DNA of 64,000 nt from positions 15,252-79,251 of the forward strand of contig CALVNL010000003.1 of assembly GCA_944349655.1 (NCBI GenBank), in the 5' to 3' direction. The stretch's first letter is position 1. The number at the start of each line of letters is the position of its first letter. This DNA is from an uncultured Clostridia bacterium (GTDB lineage: Bacteria; Bacillota; Clostridia; Christensenellales; DTU072). Both the position numbers and the translations under genes were made by a program. Of the stretch, positions 55,801-64,000 are shown piece by piece. The notes beneath the pieces were generated by a model, which searched no databases, had not been told where the DNA came from, and saw only the letters and a program-made list of their open reading frames with translations.

Positions 55801-58800
55801 AATAGCGGAACAGGTTACCGTAGCAAGGGTTTCGCCCGCAGAAGCTTTCTCCCACGTCAACGACGCGGAAACCTCGACTTTCCCTGCGTCCGAACTTATT
55901 ACGCCGGAAATAAGGTCCGCCGGCAGTTCCTTGACCGAGGAAGTTTTGTTATCGTAAACTTTGGACACGAAACTTTCCCAAAGAGCTTTTTCGCTTGCGT
56001 AATCCGCTACCGTCAAAACCTTCTTGTCGACGACGTATTCCTCGGTAACGTATCCGCAGAAATGCTCGTCTTCTGCTTTTTTCAGCGAAACTTTAATCCT
56101 ATATGAGCCTGCGTTTATAATGGACGTGACTATCCCCTGAGTACTTAAATCGGTATAGGTAAAATCGTTTTCTCCGAAAAATCCCTCGTTATCGGCGGTC
56201 GGAGCGACGGTAAACACCTTGGCGGAGCCGTCGTAAGTACTGTCGGACGGCGTTACAAACGTCGCATAATCGGCAAAATCGAAAACTTCCGCATTCAAAG
56301 TAAGTACATAATTGTTTTCGGAATTAGTTACATATCCTTCTTCCGGCACGGCGAATGTCACCGTCACGCAATCGGAATTGTTGTTGCCGTAAGTAATATC
56401 GTTCAGCAAACCGTCTGTATCGAACGTATTGAGGAATTTACCGTACTGCAAAGCTAAGGTAAAGGTTACGTTCTGTCCGCGGTAATATTCTCCTCCGCCG
56501 TAACTACTCTCGCCTTCTCTGAGAAAAGTCACGTCGGCAAGTTCCACGCTCAAAACAAACCTTGCGTACAGCTTGGTCGCCCCCGAAACCGTCACGTTGG
56601 GGTTCACGGTCGGGTCGTAAACTCCGTTTCCGTCGAACTCCGCTTTATCCTGAGCGTTCATCAAAACGCCCTTATAACCCGTTTCCGCCGTCAAAGAGAA
56701 CGTAAAGCCGTTTTCGGTCACATTTATAACTACTTCTCCGCCTCTGTCCTCGAAAAGAACGTTGCCGTAATTGTTGTGGACGTAACCTTCTTTCCCCGCC
56801 TGCACGAAACTACCGTCAATATTTTTCTTCAGATACCAACTGTTGTAAGAGTTAATCGTTACCGTACCCGCTTCCTGCGCAGTCAGCCCGAAAGCCGTCG
56901 GAGCGGATAAAGTGCCTGCAAATACGGTATCGTTAATCGTAGTGGAATTTGCCGTGAACACGGTTATTCCGCCAACCCTCGATTGAGAGGAAACGGTTGC
57001 GTAGGAGAAACAATGGGAAATGAGACCGTTGTTGTAGCCTACGAAAGAGGCGGCGTCGGTACCGAGAGAAGTCACGGAGCAGGTTTCGTCCAGTATAAGG
57101 TTACGGAGTTCGAAACCTTTGGAGGTATAAGCAAACAACGCCGCATAACCGTAACCGGCCTGCTCGGAAATTATCAGAGAAGAAAATTTATGACCGTTCC
57201 CGTCGAAAACTCCGCCGAAAACTCTGTTGGAGGGATTGGCTGCCGAAATAAATCTGCCTATCGGACGGAAAGGCACGTCTCCGAAATCGATATCGGCGTC
57301 CAGACGGAAATAATTGCCCGAATAGTCGTATCCTGCGTCCACGTTGTTTCGTAAAACGTTCATTTCCGCAAGCGTGGTTATGAGATAAGGATTGCCGGAA
57401 GTACCCCATTCGTCGAGACTTTCGTTATCCCAGCCGAAAGAACGGATTTTTAATGCGTAAGCGCTGAGTTCTTCCACTCTCGCTATCCCCGTATTTTCAA
57501 AAACGGCGTTCCTGGGCGAATATCCGCTGTCCTTATCGGAACTTAAATTGCTTACGAAGTTTGCTTGAGTGAAATTGCTTTCAAATCCCGAAAGCATTTC
57601 CGCAGAAGTCTTGGCGTAAATTCCGCCCGGCGTTGCGCTTTCTCCTCTGTAAAAAGCAATGTTGGCCGTAAAAATATCGCCGTTATAAAATACAGCCGAG
57701 CCGAGATTGAAGGTGGAATAAACTTCTCCCGCCAGTCCTCCGCGTTTTCCGTCGGACTCGATAATAGCCGTCACGTAACTTTGAGAAACTGCGGACTCCT
57801 TTACGGACATAGTTATTTTACCGACGAGACCGCCCGCCACCGAACCGCTGCCGTAAGCGTAAACCGTCCCCGAAGCCACCGCTCCGAAAATAGTCCCTCC
57901 GTCGTTTTCGCCGGCTATACCGCCCGCCACCGAACCGTTCAGAAGTCCGGCAAAAAAGCAGTTGTTTATCTCGCCGTAATTTTTCCCTGCGACGCCGCCT
58001 ATCGTTGCGGCGCCTTCGGCTCTTCCCGTAAAGAAAGAACTCTCTATAATGCCGTAATTGACCGCAACGAGTCCGCCGACAAAATCCGCCGACGCGTTTA
58101 CCGAAGCGGTTGAATAAGAGTCGGTAAGCAACCCTCCTTCGAGTATCGTCCCGACTATCGACGCATTTTCATACACGCCGCCTTCCACTGCAACGTTTTT
58201 AACGACGCCTCCGTTACCTATGTAGCCGAACAGAGGACTATGCCCGTCGAAAACGCTTCTCAACGCATAATATCCGCCGTCGTACGTTCCGCAGAAAGCC
58301 GTTTCTTCGCTGTCCGACAAAGAAAATTGCTTCTCCAAGGTTATTTCGGCGCTCTGAAGATAAAACGCCGAGCGGTAAGTCTCGTAATTTGCCGCAAGGT
58401 AAGAAAGGTTCGATAAGTGAGAAGCTGAATTTACTATAAACGGCAACGAGTCGGTCCCTTCTCCTCCGCCGAAATAATTTACTTTCAAACGGGAGTCGTC
58501 GTCGGCAAAAGCTCCGTTAAGCCTCGGAAGATAACCGAACCCTACGCCCTGCGCAGGTTGAACCCAAGCTGTAGAATCGTCCGCAAACAGTCCTTCGGTA
58601 AACTCCACGGAATTGATCGCGGTCCCTTTCCCCGACAAGGTCAGAACGCCGTCAAGATAATAAGAATTCCTCACGTCAACGCCGTCAGGCGCAATCGCGC
58701 GGAAAGTATTTATATCGGTCTCCGCTTCGGGTACCGTGGCAAACGTTCCGTAAAAATAGGTTTCGGTAACCAGGGGACTCCCGACTATGCCGCCCGCAAA

Positions 58801-60705
58801 CGAGTCCGCATCTCCGATGATGCCTCCGGTACGTTTTGCGCCGCTTACGTTCCCCACGACCATGGCAAAGGATATCTCCTCTCCCGACGAAGCCGCAGTT
58901 CCGACTATCCCGCCGACGTAATTTCTTCCCGTAACGGAATTGACTACCGCAGCTTCGGAAATTTTGCAATTCGCTACGCTTCCCGCGACGCCTCCTACGT
59001 AATCGGCTTTATAAGCGGAAACCTGTCCGTAAACGTAAAGTTTTTCCGCGGCAATTCCTTCGCTTTGCACTCTTCCGAAAATCCCTCCGAAATAAGCGTA
59101 AGCGTTGCCGCTTCCCTGCGATACCCTACCTTCGTTGACGAGAGAGGAAACGCCGCTTGCAAGAACGGCTTCCCCCGCAATTCCGCCCACGTAACGGGTT
59201 CCTGTTACCGCGGCCTTGTTTTCGACTTCGGAAATACCTCCGTTTTCTATTTTTCCGATCAGTCCTCCTACATACGTATTACCGTTGACGGAGCCTTGTT
59301 CGGTGTTGATTGAAGAAACCGTCCCGAGAGAATATCCCGCCAAAGCTCCGACGTAATTCCCTCCCGAAACGACTGCGGACAAACGTAAAGCGTTTACCGA
59401 GCCTGTTTGTCCTATCTTTGCGAAAAGTCCGACGTAATCGTCGGAAGACGTAACTGAAAAACTTATCAGATTGCCGCCGCCGTTGAAATTACCTCCGAAC
59501 CCTCCCTCCGCGGTAAAAAGCGGAGTTATCTCTCCGAGGTTCAAAGACACGTTCAGCCTTACGAATTTTCCTTCGTAAGAAAAAAGAGCGGAGTTGACGG
59601 CAAAGAGGTTCCAGTTTTGTTCGTCGTTAATCAAATAAGGCGAAGCCTCGCTTCCGTCTCCTGCGGCAAACAGACTCCTTTCGAAATAATCCTTAAATCC
59701 CTCTTTTTCCGCAAAAGACGGGGCGTGCAGATATCCTTTACCTTCTTCGAAAGCGGGACGAACGAGTCCGTTTTCGCTGAATATGGCTTCTCCCGATAAA
59801 AATGCGTATAACGACAAAGCCGTAAAGGTTTCGGGAACGGTTATTTCGGAAAATCCCACCACGTTACGGGAACTGGCGGAGGAGAGATTATATACGCGTC
59901 CGCTGCCTTGTTTGGCGTTCAGAAGATAACCTACGACCGAACCTATCCTTTCGCCCGTCACGTTGATGGCGGCGGCATTGTAAACGTCGCTAATCAAACC
60001 TGCGTTACTGCCTGCTACGCCGCCCACGACAGAACTCGTTCCGCCGAAAGTTTCCGCCTCGCCGAGGTTTACGGAATTAAGAACGCTGCCCGCGTCTCCG
60101 TTCACGCCGACTATACCGCCGCCGTAAGAGGAAACCGTAAAGCCTCCGTAATTGACCGCCGATTCGACAAGACCTATGTTTTCGCCGACTATACCGCCGA
60201 CTCTCGTGTTCGCCGACACCGAAGCGCTATTGAAAACGTTTCTTATAATACCTGCGTTATAAGCGGCGATACCTCCTGCATGTTCGGTCGAAGCGGTAAC
60301 GTTTCCTTCGGTAACTACGTTTTCCACCACTCCCGACAACCCTACGTAACCGAAAAGTCCGCCGTAGCTATCCGCAGAGACGGAAAGAGTTATTGCGTGG
60401 AAACCGCCGTCGAAACGTCCGTTGAAGGGATTGCCTGCGTTCCCTATGGGAGTAAATCCGCTTTCTAACGCGATCGGCGCGGTAACTTTATAGTAAACGC
60501 CGTAAGTCGCTCCGCCTCCTGCCACGTAGTCGGACAGTGCGAGCAAACTTTCGGGGGAAGATATTTCGCAAGGATCGAGTTCGGTCCCGACGGAAAAATC
60601 GGGTTCGTCAACGGCATAAACAACGGCGCCCGAGTACGCGACGAACGCCGCAAGACAAACCGCAATCGTCAGAACTATTCCCATCAAACCCAATACCTTT
60701 TTCAT
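52837..60705 (-). CDS. Giant (2622 aa) surface protein: signal peptide, GLUG-motif repeats, MBG (YG-type) repeats, C-terminal TM anchor
   Basis: Many GG(I/L)(A/V)Gxnxgxixn units in the N-terminal ~1100 aa. Later repeats contain YDG/YGE/YGQPDP. The C-terminus is VIGVVVVVGVVAVIIAVNRKKKERERK. Confidence 0.8.
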   Translation of the reverse strand: MKKVLGLMGIVLTIAVCLAAFVAYSGAVVYAVDEPDFSVGTELDPCEISSPESLLALSDYVAGGGATYGVYYKVTAPIALESGFTPIGNAGNPFNGRFDGGFHAITLSVSADSYGGLFGYVGLSGVVENVVTEGNVTASTEHAGGIAAYNAGIIRNVFNSASVSANTRVGGIVGENIGLVESAVNYGGFTVSSYGGGIVGVNGDAGSVLNSVNLGEAETFGGTSSVVGGVAGSNAGLISDVYNAAAINVTGERIGSVVGYLLNAKQGSGRVYNLSSASSRNVVGFSEITVPETFTALSLYAFLSGEAIFSENGLVRPAFEEGKGYLHAPSFAEKEGFKDYFERSLFAAGDGSEASPYLINDEQNWNLFAVNSALFSYEGKFVRLNVSLNLGEITPLFTAEGGFGGNFNGGGNLISFSVTSSDDYVGLFAKIGQTGSVNALRLSAVVSGGNYVGALAGYSLGTVSSINTEQGSVNGNTYVGGLIGKIENGGISEVENKAAVTGTRYVGGIAGEAVLASGVSSLVNEGRVSQGSGNAYAYFGGIFGRVQSEGIAAEKLYVYGQVSAYKADYVGGVAGSVANCKISEAAVVNSVTGRNYVGGIVGTAASSGEEISFAMVVGNVSGAKRTGGIIGDADSFAGGIVGSPLVTETYFYGTFATVPEAETDINTFRAIAPDGVDVRNSYYLDGVLTLSGKGTAINSVEFTEGLFADDSTAWVQPAQGVGFGYLPRLNGAFADDDSRLKVNYFGGGEGTDSLPFIVNSASHLSNLSYLAANYETYRSAFYLQSAEITLEKQFSLSDSEETAFCGTYDGGYYALRSVFDGHSPLFGYIGNGGVVKNVAVEGGVYENASIVGTILEGGLLTDSYSTASVNASADFVGGLVAVNYGIIESSFFTGRAEGAATIGGVAGKNYGEINNCFFAGLLNGSVAGGIAGENDGGTIFGAVASGTVYAYGSGSVAGGLVGKITMSVKESAVSQSYVTAIIESDGKRGGLAGEVYSTFNLGSAVFYNGDIFTANIAFYRGESATPGGIYAKTSAEMLSGFESNFTQANFVSNLSSDKDSGYSPRNAVFENTGIARVEELSAYALKIRSFGWDNESLDEWGTSGNPYLITTLAEMNVLRNNVDAGYDYSGNYFRLDADIDFGDVPFRPIGRFISAANPSNRVFGGVFDGNGHKFSSLIISEQAGYGYAALFAYTSKGFELRNLILDETCSVTSLGTDAASFVGYNNGLISHCFSYATVSSQSRVGGITVFTANSTTINDTVFAGTLSAPTAFGLTAQEAGTVTINSYNSWYLKKNIDGSFVQAGKEGYVHNNYGNVLFEDRGGEVVINVTENGFTFSLTAETGYKGVLMNAQDKAEFDGNGVYDPTVNPNVTVSGATKLYARFVLSVELADVTFLREGESSYGGGEYYRGQNVTFTLALQYGKFLNTFDTDGLLNDITYGNNNSDCVTVTFAVPEEGYVTNSENNYVLTLNAEVFDFADYATFVTPSDSTYDGSAKVFTVAPTADNEGFFGENDFTYTDLSTQGIVTSIINAGSYRIKVSLKKAEDEHFCGYVTEEYVVDKKVLTVADYASEKALWESFVSKVYDNKTSSVKELPADLISGVISSDAGKVEVSASLTWEKASAGETLATVTCSAISGTASGNYSLTEVTLTGIAASIARMTLTVTLNVTESEYTGVSPTANYTLDGTLYGTAALKFEFVPQTLPEDGSKKYDAGIYTVEVSCTDSENYVVAISGATEYTITPKTVKEEDLHYSVPVLMYDGSDLSSLINITFRKLSGGDGKVTAIFYKLNDESETLVSSVKDAGNYEAELSVNDKNYTLDANVGRYAFEVLRSDKGGEIEVSLSDGGNFEDMVLTYGEGIAITPGELYGADLQVERTVNGRGEAKVTLSENGDYLLELTRYSLDGTLTFRFKATNSPNYEDRYSEEYTIKVEAGVIYVGVKEETVYYGDVIDLTLVYSTDEAQSDVIATETVAGFVPSMYEVENKGELKAGSYDVSFYGGDSDGYVFRTSYNNTLTITPRPVEIRTNIEIGEETNGKIYGEQDSFIKYKVYDKATNLVTDSLPNGKAITFNGFLSREEGEAAGSYEILQGSLTGANNPDYDIVFSATHVSEYVIAKRDIEFIVDEVEKDYGQPDPIITFRPNDGYSFMFDDGAESVTVSVTRQPGENVGEYAYTLSGYDGGNNYRIVSVDYSSNKFRINKATPTVTFVPDGTLRYGNALSSLRLSGSAIDAYGKAVQGTFSWIFPDTKCGVGENTLAAMFTPDTSNFAAVRSDNVIVNVLPRIAEVVFEGVTEYVYNGEVQGEFTAALSNAVGDDKVQLIADKVPSIDAGEYYYTVRLSEDETRYVLEGGASIKYVIYPALLTVSVKSATFKEGDVIKTEIVYDGFVGGDNESVLDSKPSVDPVASAGGIYYVTPKGGADKNYEFIYLSGTITVNKTSISDTFVTMEGDFGATASLTVVKAESIGLSIYQEQLDKALNYNIFLPNSRYLSGYYELRYGEISAEEIVYTVSLALNEGDKIYLVKADGSVEELTDYKEVTATLKTSAEGTESSENLVTVTFTAEPVYGIAVYSSKAATDLITDYIPLGATVIGVVVVVGVVAVIIAVNRKKKERERKYMEKFKD

Positions 60706-60820
60706 ATTACCTCTTCTTAAAAACCCGATATGGATATATTTTATTGTATCATACGACGAAGGTTATTTCAACAGTAAAATTATTTATATATTTATAATCC
60801 GCTCAACCGCGCGCAACAAT

Positions 60821-60849
60821 AAAAAACCGCCCCTTTTTTCACGGAGCGG
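60821..60849 (-). terminator. Rho-independent terminator of argH
   Basis: Minus-strand CCGCTCC / GGGGCGG stem followed by T6. Confidence 0.6.
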
Positions 60850-60874
60850 TCGTAACAATTCCTTAAGGGCGGTT

Positions 60875-62284
60875 TTAAATCAATCCGTTTTCTTTTTTCA
60901 CCGAAAATTTGTCGATAAACGCTTTCAAAGAAGCGATTTCTCCCTTAACTTCCTTTTCGGAAGGCGCGCCCGACGACTTTCTTCTGCTTACGCAGTTGAG
61001 CATATCCACAGCCTCGTAAACTTCTTCGTCGAAAATCGGGTCGAAAGAAGCGTACTCTTCGACGGATAAATTTTCCAGCGTTTTTCCTCTTTCGATACAG
61101 TAAGCCACGATCCTGCCGCAAATCTTGTAAGCCGTGCGGAAAGGCACCCCTTTCCTGACCAGATAATCGGCACAGTCCGTGGCGTTAATGAATCCTTCCC
61201 GACAGGCTCTGAGCATATTGTCCTTGCGGGCTTTCGACGTGGCAAGCATCGGAGCAAAAATCTCCAAACAGTCGTTAAGGGTATCCAAACTGTCGAAAAT
61301 GGCTTCCTTATCTTCCTGCATATCTTTATTGTATGCCAGCGGTAAACCCTTCATCAGGGTGAGAAGAGCCACCAAATTTCCGTTGACTCTTCCGGTCTTT
61401 CCTCTGATAAGTTCGGCAATATCGGGATTTTTTTTCTGCGGCATTATGGAGCTTCCCGTCGCGTAAGCGTCGTCCAGTTCCAGGAACTTGAACTCCCAGC
61501 TGCACCACAAAATGATTTCTTCGGCAAATCTCGACAGGTGCGTCATACATATCGAACAAGCCGAAGCGATTTCCAGGCAGAAGTCTCTGTCGCTCACTCC
61601 GTCTATCGAGTTGGCGCAATATCCGTCGAAATTCAGTTCGGCTGCGGTGAACGCCCTGTTTATAGGGTGAGTGGTGCCGGCAAGGGCGCAGCTTCCCAGC
61701 GGCGAATAATTCATTCTCTTAGCCGCGTCGGCAAATCTTCCGACGTCTCTTTTCAGCATTTCGGCGTAAGCGAGAAGATGATGACCGAAAGTCACGGGTT
61801 GCGCTCTTTGCAAATGAGTATATCCCGGCATCACGGCGTCGGCGTATTCCTCCGCCTTATCGACGATTACTTTCATAAAATCGATAATATTTTTTTCGGT
61901 GCGGTCTATTTCTTTCCGTAAATGAAGTCTTACGTCTGTCGCCACCTGGTCGTTACGGCTTCGGGCGGTATGGAGCTTTTTCCCCGCTTCGCCCTTTCTT
62001 TCCGTCAACAATGCTTCCACGAACATATGAATGTCTTCGCTTTCGGGGTCAATCTTAACCTTGCCGCTCTCTATATCGGCAAGAATTTCCTTCAATCCCT
62101 CGATAATGACGTCCCTGTCCTCGGAAGAGATTATTCCGCATTCGGCGAGCATTTCAGCGTGCGCTATGGACCCTTCGATATCGGACTCGTACATCCTGCC
62201 GTCCACTCTTATAGAGGAATTGAAATCGTTAAGCTTTTTGTCGGGACTCTTGGAAAAACGTCCTTCCCACATTATTTTAGCCAT
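60875..62284 (-). CDS. argH: Argininosuccinate lyase
   Basis: MWEGRFSK, GYTHLQRAQP, GSSIMPQKKNPD. Confidence 0.9.
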   Translation of the reverse strand: MAKIMWEGRFSKSPDKKLNDFNSSIRVDGRMYESDIEGSIAHAEMLAECGIISSEDRDVIIEGLKEILADIESGKVKIDPESEDIHMFVEALLTERKGEAGKKLHTARSRNDQVATDVRLHLRKEIDRTEKNIIDFMKVIVDKAEEYADAVMPGYTHLQRAQPVTFGHHLLAYAEMLKRDVGRFADAAKRMNYSPLGSCALAGTTHPINRAFTAAELNFDGYCANSIDGVSDRDFCLEIASACSICMTHLSRFAEEIILWCSWEFKFLELDDAYATGSSIMPQKKNPDIAELIRGKTGRVNGNLVALLTLMKGLPLAYNKDMQEDKEAIFDSLDTLNDCLEIFAPMLATSKARKDNMLRACREGFINATDCADYLVRKGVPFRTAYKICGRIVAYCIERGKTLENLSVEEYASFDPIFDEEVYEAVDMLNCVSRRKSSGAPSEKEVKGEIASLKAFIDKFSVKKENGLI

Positions 62285-62293
62285 ATAAAACTC

Positions 62294-62953
62294 CTATTCG
62301 TCGATTTTTAGATCGGCGTTTTTTATTGCGTATGAGATATTTATTCTGCGCCAGGACGCCAGCACTCTTATTACCGTTATCAGCCCTGCGCAAATATAGA
62401 CTGCGAAATAATGATTGAGTTTGTCGTGAATGAAAAAGTAAAGGATACTCCCCACTATAGCCGCCAGCGCGTAAACTTCCTTTCGCAAAACGATGGGTTT
62501 ACGCCCGCTTAAGACGTCCCTTATCATTCCGCCGCCCACGCCGGTCACCGCTCCCACGAAAACTATCATTATGAAATTGTCGGCGTAACCTAATTCGATT
62601 GCCGCCTGACAACCGTTTATCGCAAATACTCCCAACCCTACCGCGTCGAAGAAATCTACGGTTTTTTTGAGTATTTTTACTGATTTTCGGCTGAGTCTTT
62701 TGTCAACTATCTTGAAAAGAATAAGAGAAGCCACCACCGTAACGAGTACGGTTACGGTATAGACGGGACGGACGAAACTGACCGGAGGCGTAACGCCCAG
62801 CACGAGGTCACGGATTATTCCGCCCCCTAACGCCGAACAAAGCGACACCACGAAAATGCCGAACACGTCCAGTTCGTATTCGATACCGACGAAAACGCCG
62901 ACCATCGAAAACGCCACTACTCCGATTATTTCCAAAACCGCCGATACGTCCAT
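62294..62953 (-). CDS. Trimeric intracellular cation channel (TRIC/UPF0126) family protein
   Basis: Duplicated GGGIIRDLVLG / GGGMIRDVLSG motifs. Seven TMs. Confidence 0.8.
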   Translation of the reverse strand: MDVSAVLEIIGVVAFSMVGVFVGIEYELDVFGIFVVSLCSALGGGIIRDLVLGVTPPVSFVRPVYTVTVLVTVVASLILFKIVDKRLSRKSVKILKKTVDFFDAVGLGVFAINGCQAAIELGYADNFIMIVFVGAVTGVGGGMIRDVLSGRKPIVLRKEVYALAAIVGSILYFFIHDKLNHYFAVYICAGLITVIRVLASWRRINISYAIKNADLKIDE

Positions 62954-63052
62954 TTTTCCCTTTCAAACTCTTCTTTGAACTAAATAAAATTATAGCTTAT
63001 TCAACCTTTGCGTTGCAACACTTTTCGACAATGTGATATAATTATTACCGAT

Positions 63053-63655
63053 ATGAAATTAGTTAGTTACAATCCTCGCAAACTTACGGGAGAAATCCTT
63101 TATAAGGACAAAATTTTTCTTTTAAGCGAAGAAGCCTGTCTTACCTGCGGCGTGGATATCCGCAAGGAAATTCCCGAAGAAAATATTTCTCTTCTAATCG
63201 AAAAAAGTCAGGAATATTTCTGTCGGGTTTATCTTTACGACCAGATAGCTTCTTACCTGAAAACCGCCAAAGGTTATTACGATAAACTGATTAACAAAGG
63301 TTTCCCTAAAAAAATCGCCGCCGAAGAAGTGAAAAAAGCCAAGGAAAACGGTTATATTGACGACGCTTCTTTTGCCGAAAATTACATAAAAACGCACGGA
63401 AAAAACAAAGGCGTTTACCGCTTGAAAAACGAATTGAAACAAAAAGGAGTTTCTTCCGAAATAATCGAAGACGCGGTAAAAGACCTCTCCCCCGACGCCG
63501 ACGAACTGCTCCTTCTTGCCGAAAAAGCGGCAAAATCCGTTCCCGACGGTCCCGCCAAAAAAAGCAAAGTTTTTGCAAAACTCGCTCGCAGAGGATATCC
63601 CTACGAAGCTATTTCTTCGGCGCTTTCGGTTTTGTTTTCCGATATCGACGATTGA
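63053..63655 (+). CDS. recX: Recombination regulator RecX
   Basis: Trimmed to MKLVSYNPRK. GYIDDASFAENYI and three-repeat helical layout. Confidence 0.7.
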   Translation: MKLVSYNPRKLTGEILYKDKIFLLSEEACLTCGVDIRKEIPEENISLLIEKSQEYFCRVYLYDQIASYLKTAKGYYDKLINKGFPKKIAAEEVKKAKENGYIDDASFAENYIKTHGKNKGVYRLKNELKQKGVSSEIIEDAVKDLSPDADELLLLAEKAAKSVPDGPAKKSKVFAKLARRGYPYEAISSALSVLFSDIDD

Positions 63656-63720
63656 AAATATATTTACTCTGAATAGTTTTCCCCCGAATATTTGACAAAT
63701 TTCCCCATAATATATTTCCC

Positions 63721-64000
63721 GTGGGGAAAATATTATGTCTTATCCTGACCTTAGCGGTCGTTTTTTGTCTGTGCGGTTGCGTCGAAAGCGTAAACGATAA
63801 CTTTTGCGTGCAAATCACCTGTATTACCGAAACAACCGAATTCCGCGGCGTGGGAACGAAAATTGAAAGCGGATACATATTGACGGTGGCTCATATTTTT
63901 CCCGAAACAGATGACGAGAAAAAAATATGTTTCCTCGACCCTGCCGACGGAAATTCATATGAAACGGAAATCCTTTTTATAGACCGCTCGCAAGACCTTG
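63721..64000 (+). CDS. Trypsin-like (S1) serine protease lipoprotein, N-terminal fragment running off the window end
   Basis: Own translation from the GTG at 63721: MGKILCLILTLAVVFCLCGCVES (lipobox), then GYILTVAHIF (His-motif context). Open to nt 64000. The start codon is uncertain (no clear RBS). Confidence 0.5.
   Translation, partial: MGKILCLILTLAVVFCLCGCVESVNDNFCVQITCITETTEFRGVGTKIESGYILTVAHIFPETDDEKKICFLDPADGNSYETEILFIDRSQDL

Noticed and set aside
53752-60468. Multiple 60-250-aa plus-strand ORFs inside the giant surface-protein gene.
   Set aside because: They are antisense to a continuous 2622-codon ORF with a coherent repeat architecture. Their translations are R/S-rich shadow products.

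Overview
A 64-kb chromosomal window from a Firmicutes/Clostridia-like genome (standard code, GGAGG-type RBSs, many ATGA/GTGA-coupled genes). All calls come from reading motifs by eye; no searches were run. Ordinary content: leuA-leuC-leuD-leuB, gap, leuS, argH, recX, glycerate kinase, a CDF transporter, a metallophosphoesterase, an MscS channel, a TRIC-family channel, an M50 (SpoIVFB-like) protease, a RimK-like ATP-grasp enzyme, an ECF S-component and a MacB/FtsX-type ABC exporter. Surface-protein content is heavy: a partial 1659-codon LRR/lipase-like protein missing from the ORF track, three tandem lipoprotein paralogs, two lipase-like SdrD-B proteins and a 2622-aa GLUG/MBG giant. The main result is a ~12.8-kb AT-rich integrative island (about 10102-22916) inserted exactly at the CCA end of an intact tRNA-Ser(GGA). 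It is bounded by an 8-bp direct repeat (CTTGGCGG), which separates the tRNA from what looks like its own terminator. A large serine recombinase sits at the edge, and its last codons are read from the tRNA antisense strand. The island carries three defence-type modules. (i) A two-gene operon: an Mrr-like/PD-(D/E)xK-SIR2 fusion plus a 512-aa all-alpha partner with no motif I recognise. This is the best candidate for an undescribed system. (ii) An HTH controller plus a BcgI-like Type IIB RM pair (A subunit with D53-x12-E66-x-K68 and NPPY; bipartite B/S subunit). (iii) In the same operon, a fused PHP-phosphoesterase/Rad50-SMC-like ATPase (Ppl/TrlF-like). The island also holds a 1.3-kb non-coding stretch with eight iteron-like direct repeats.
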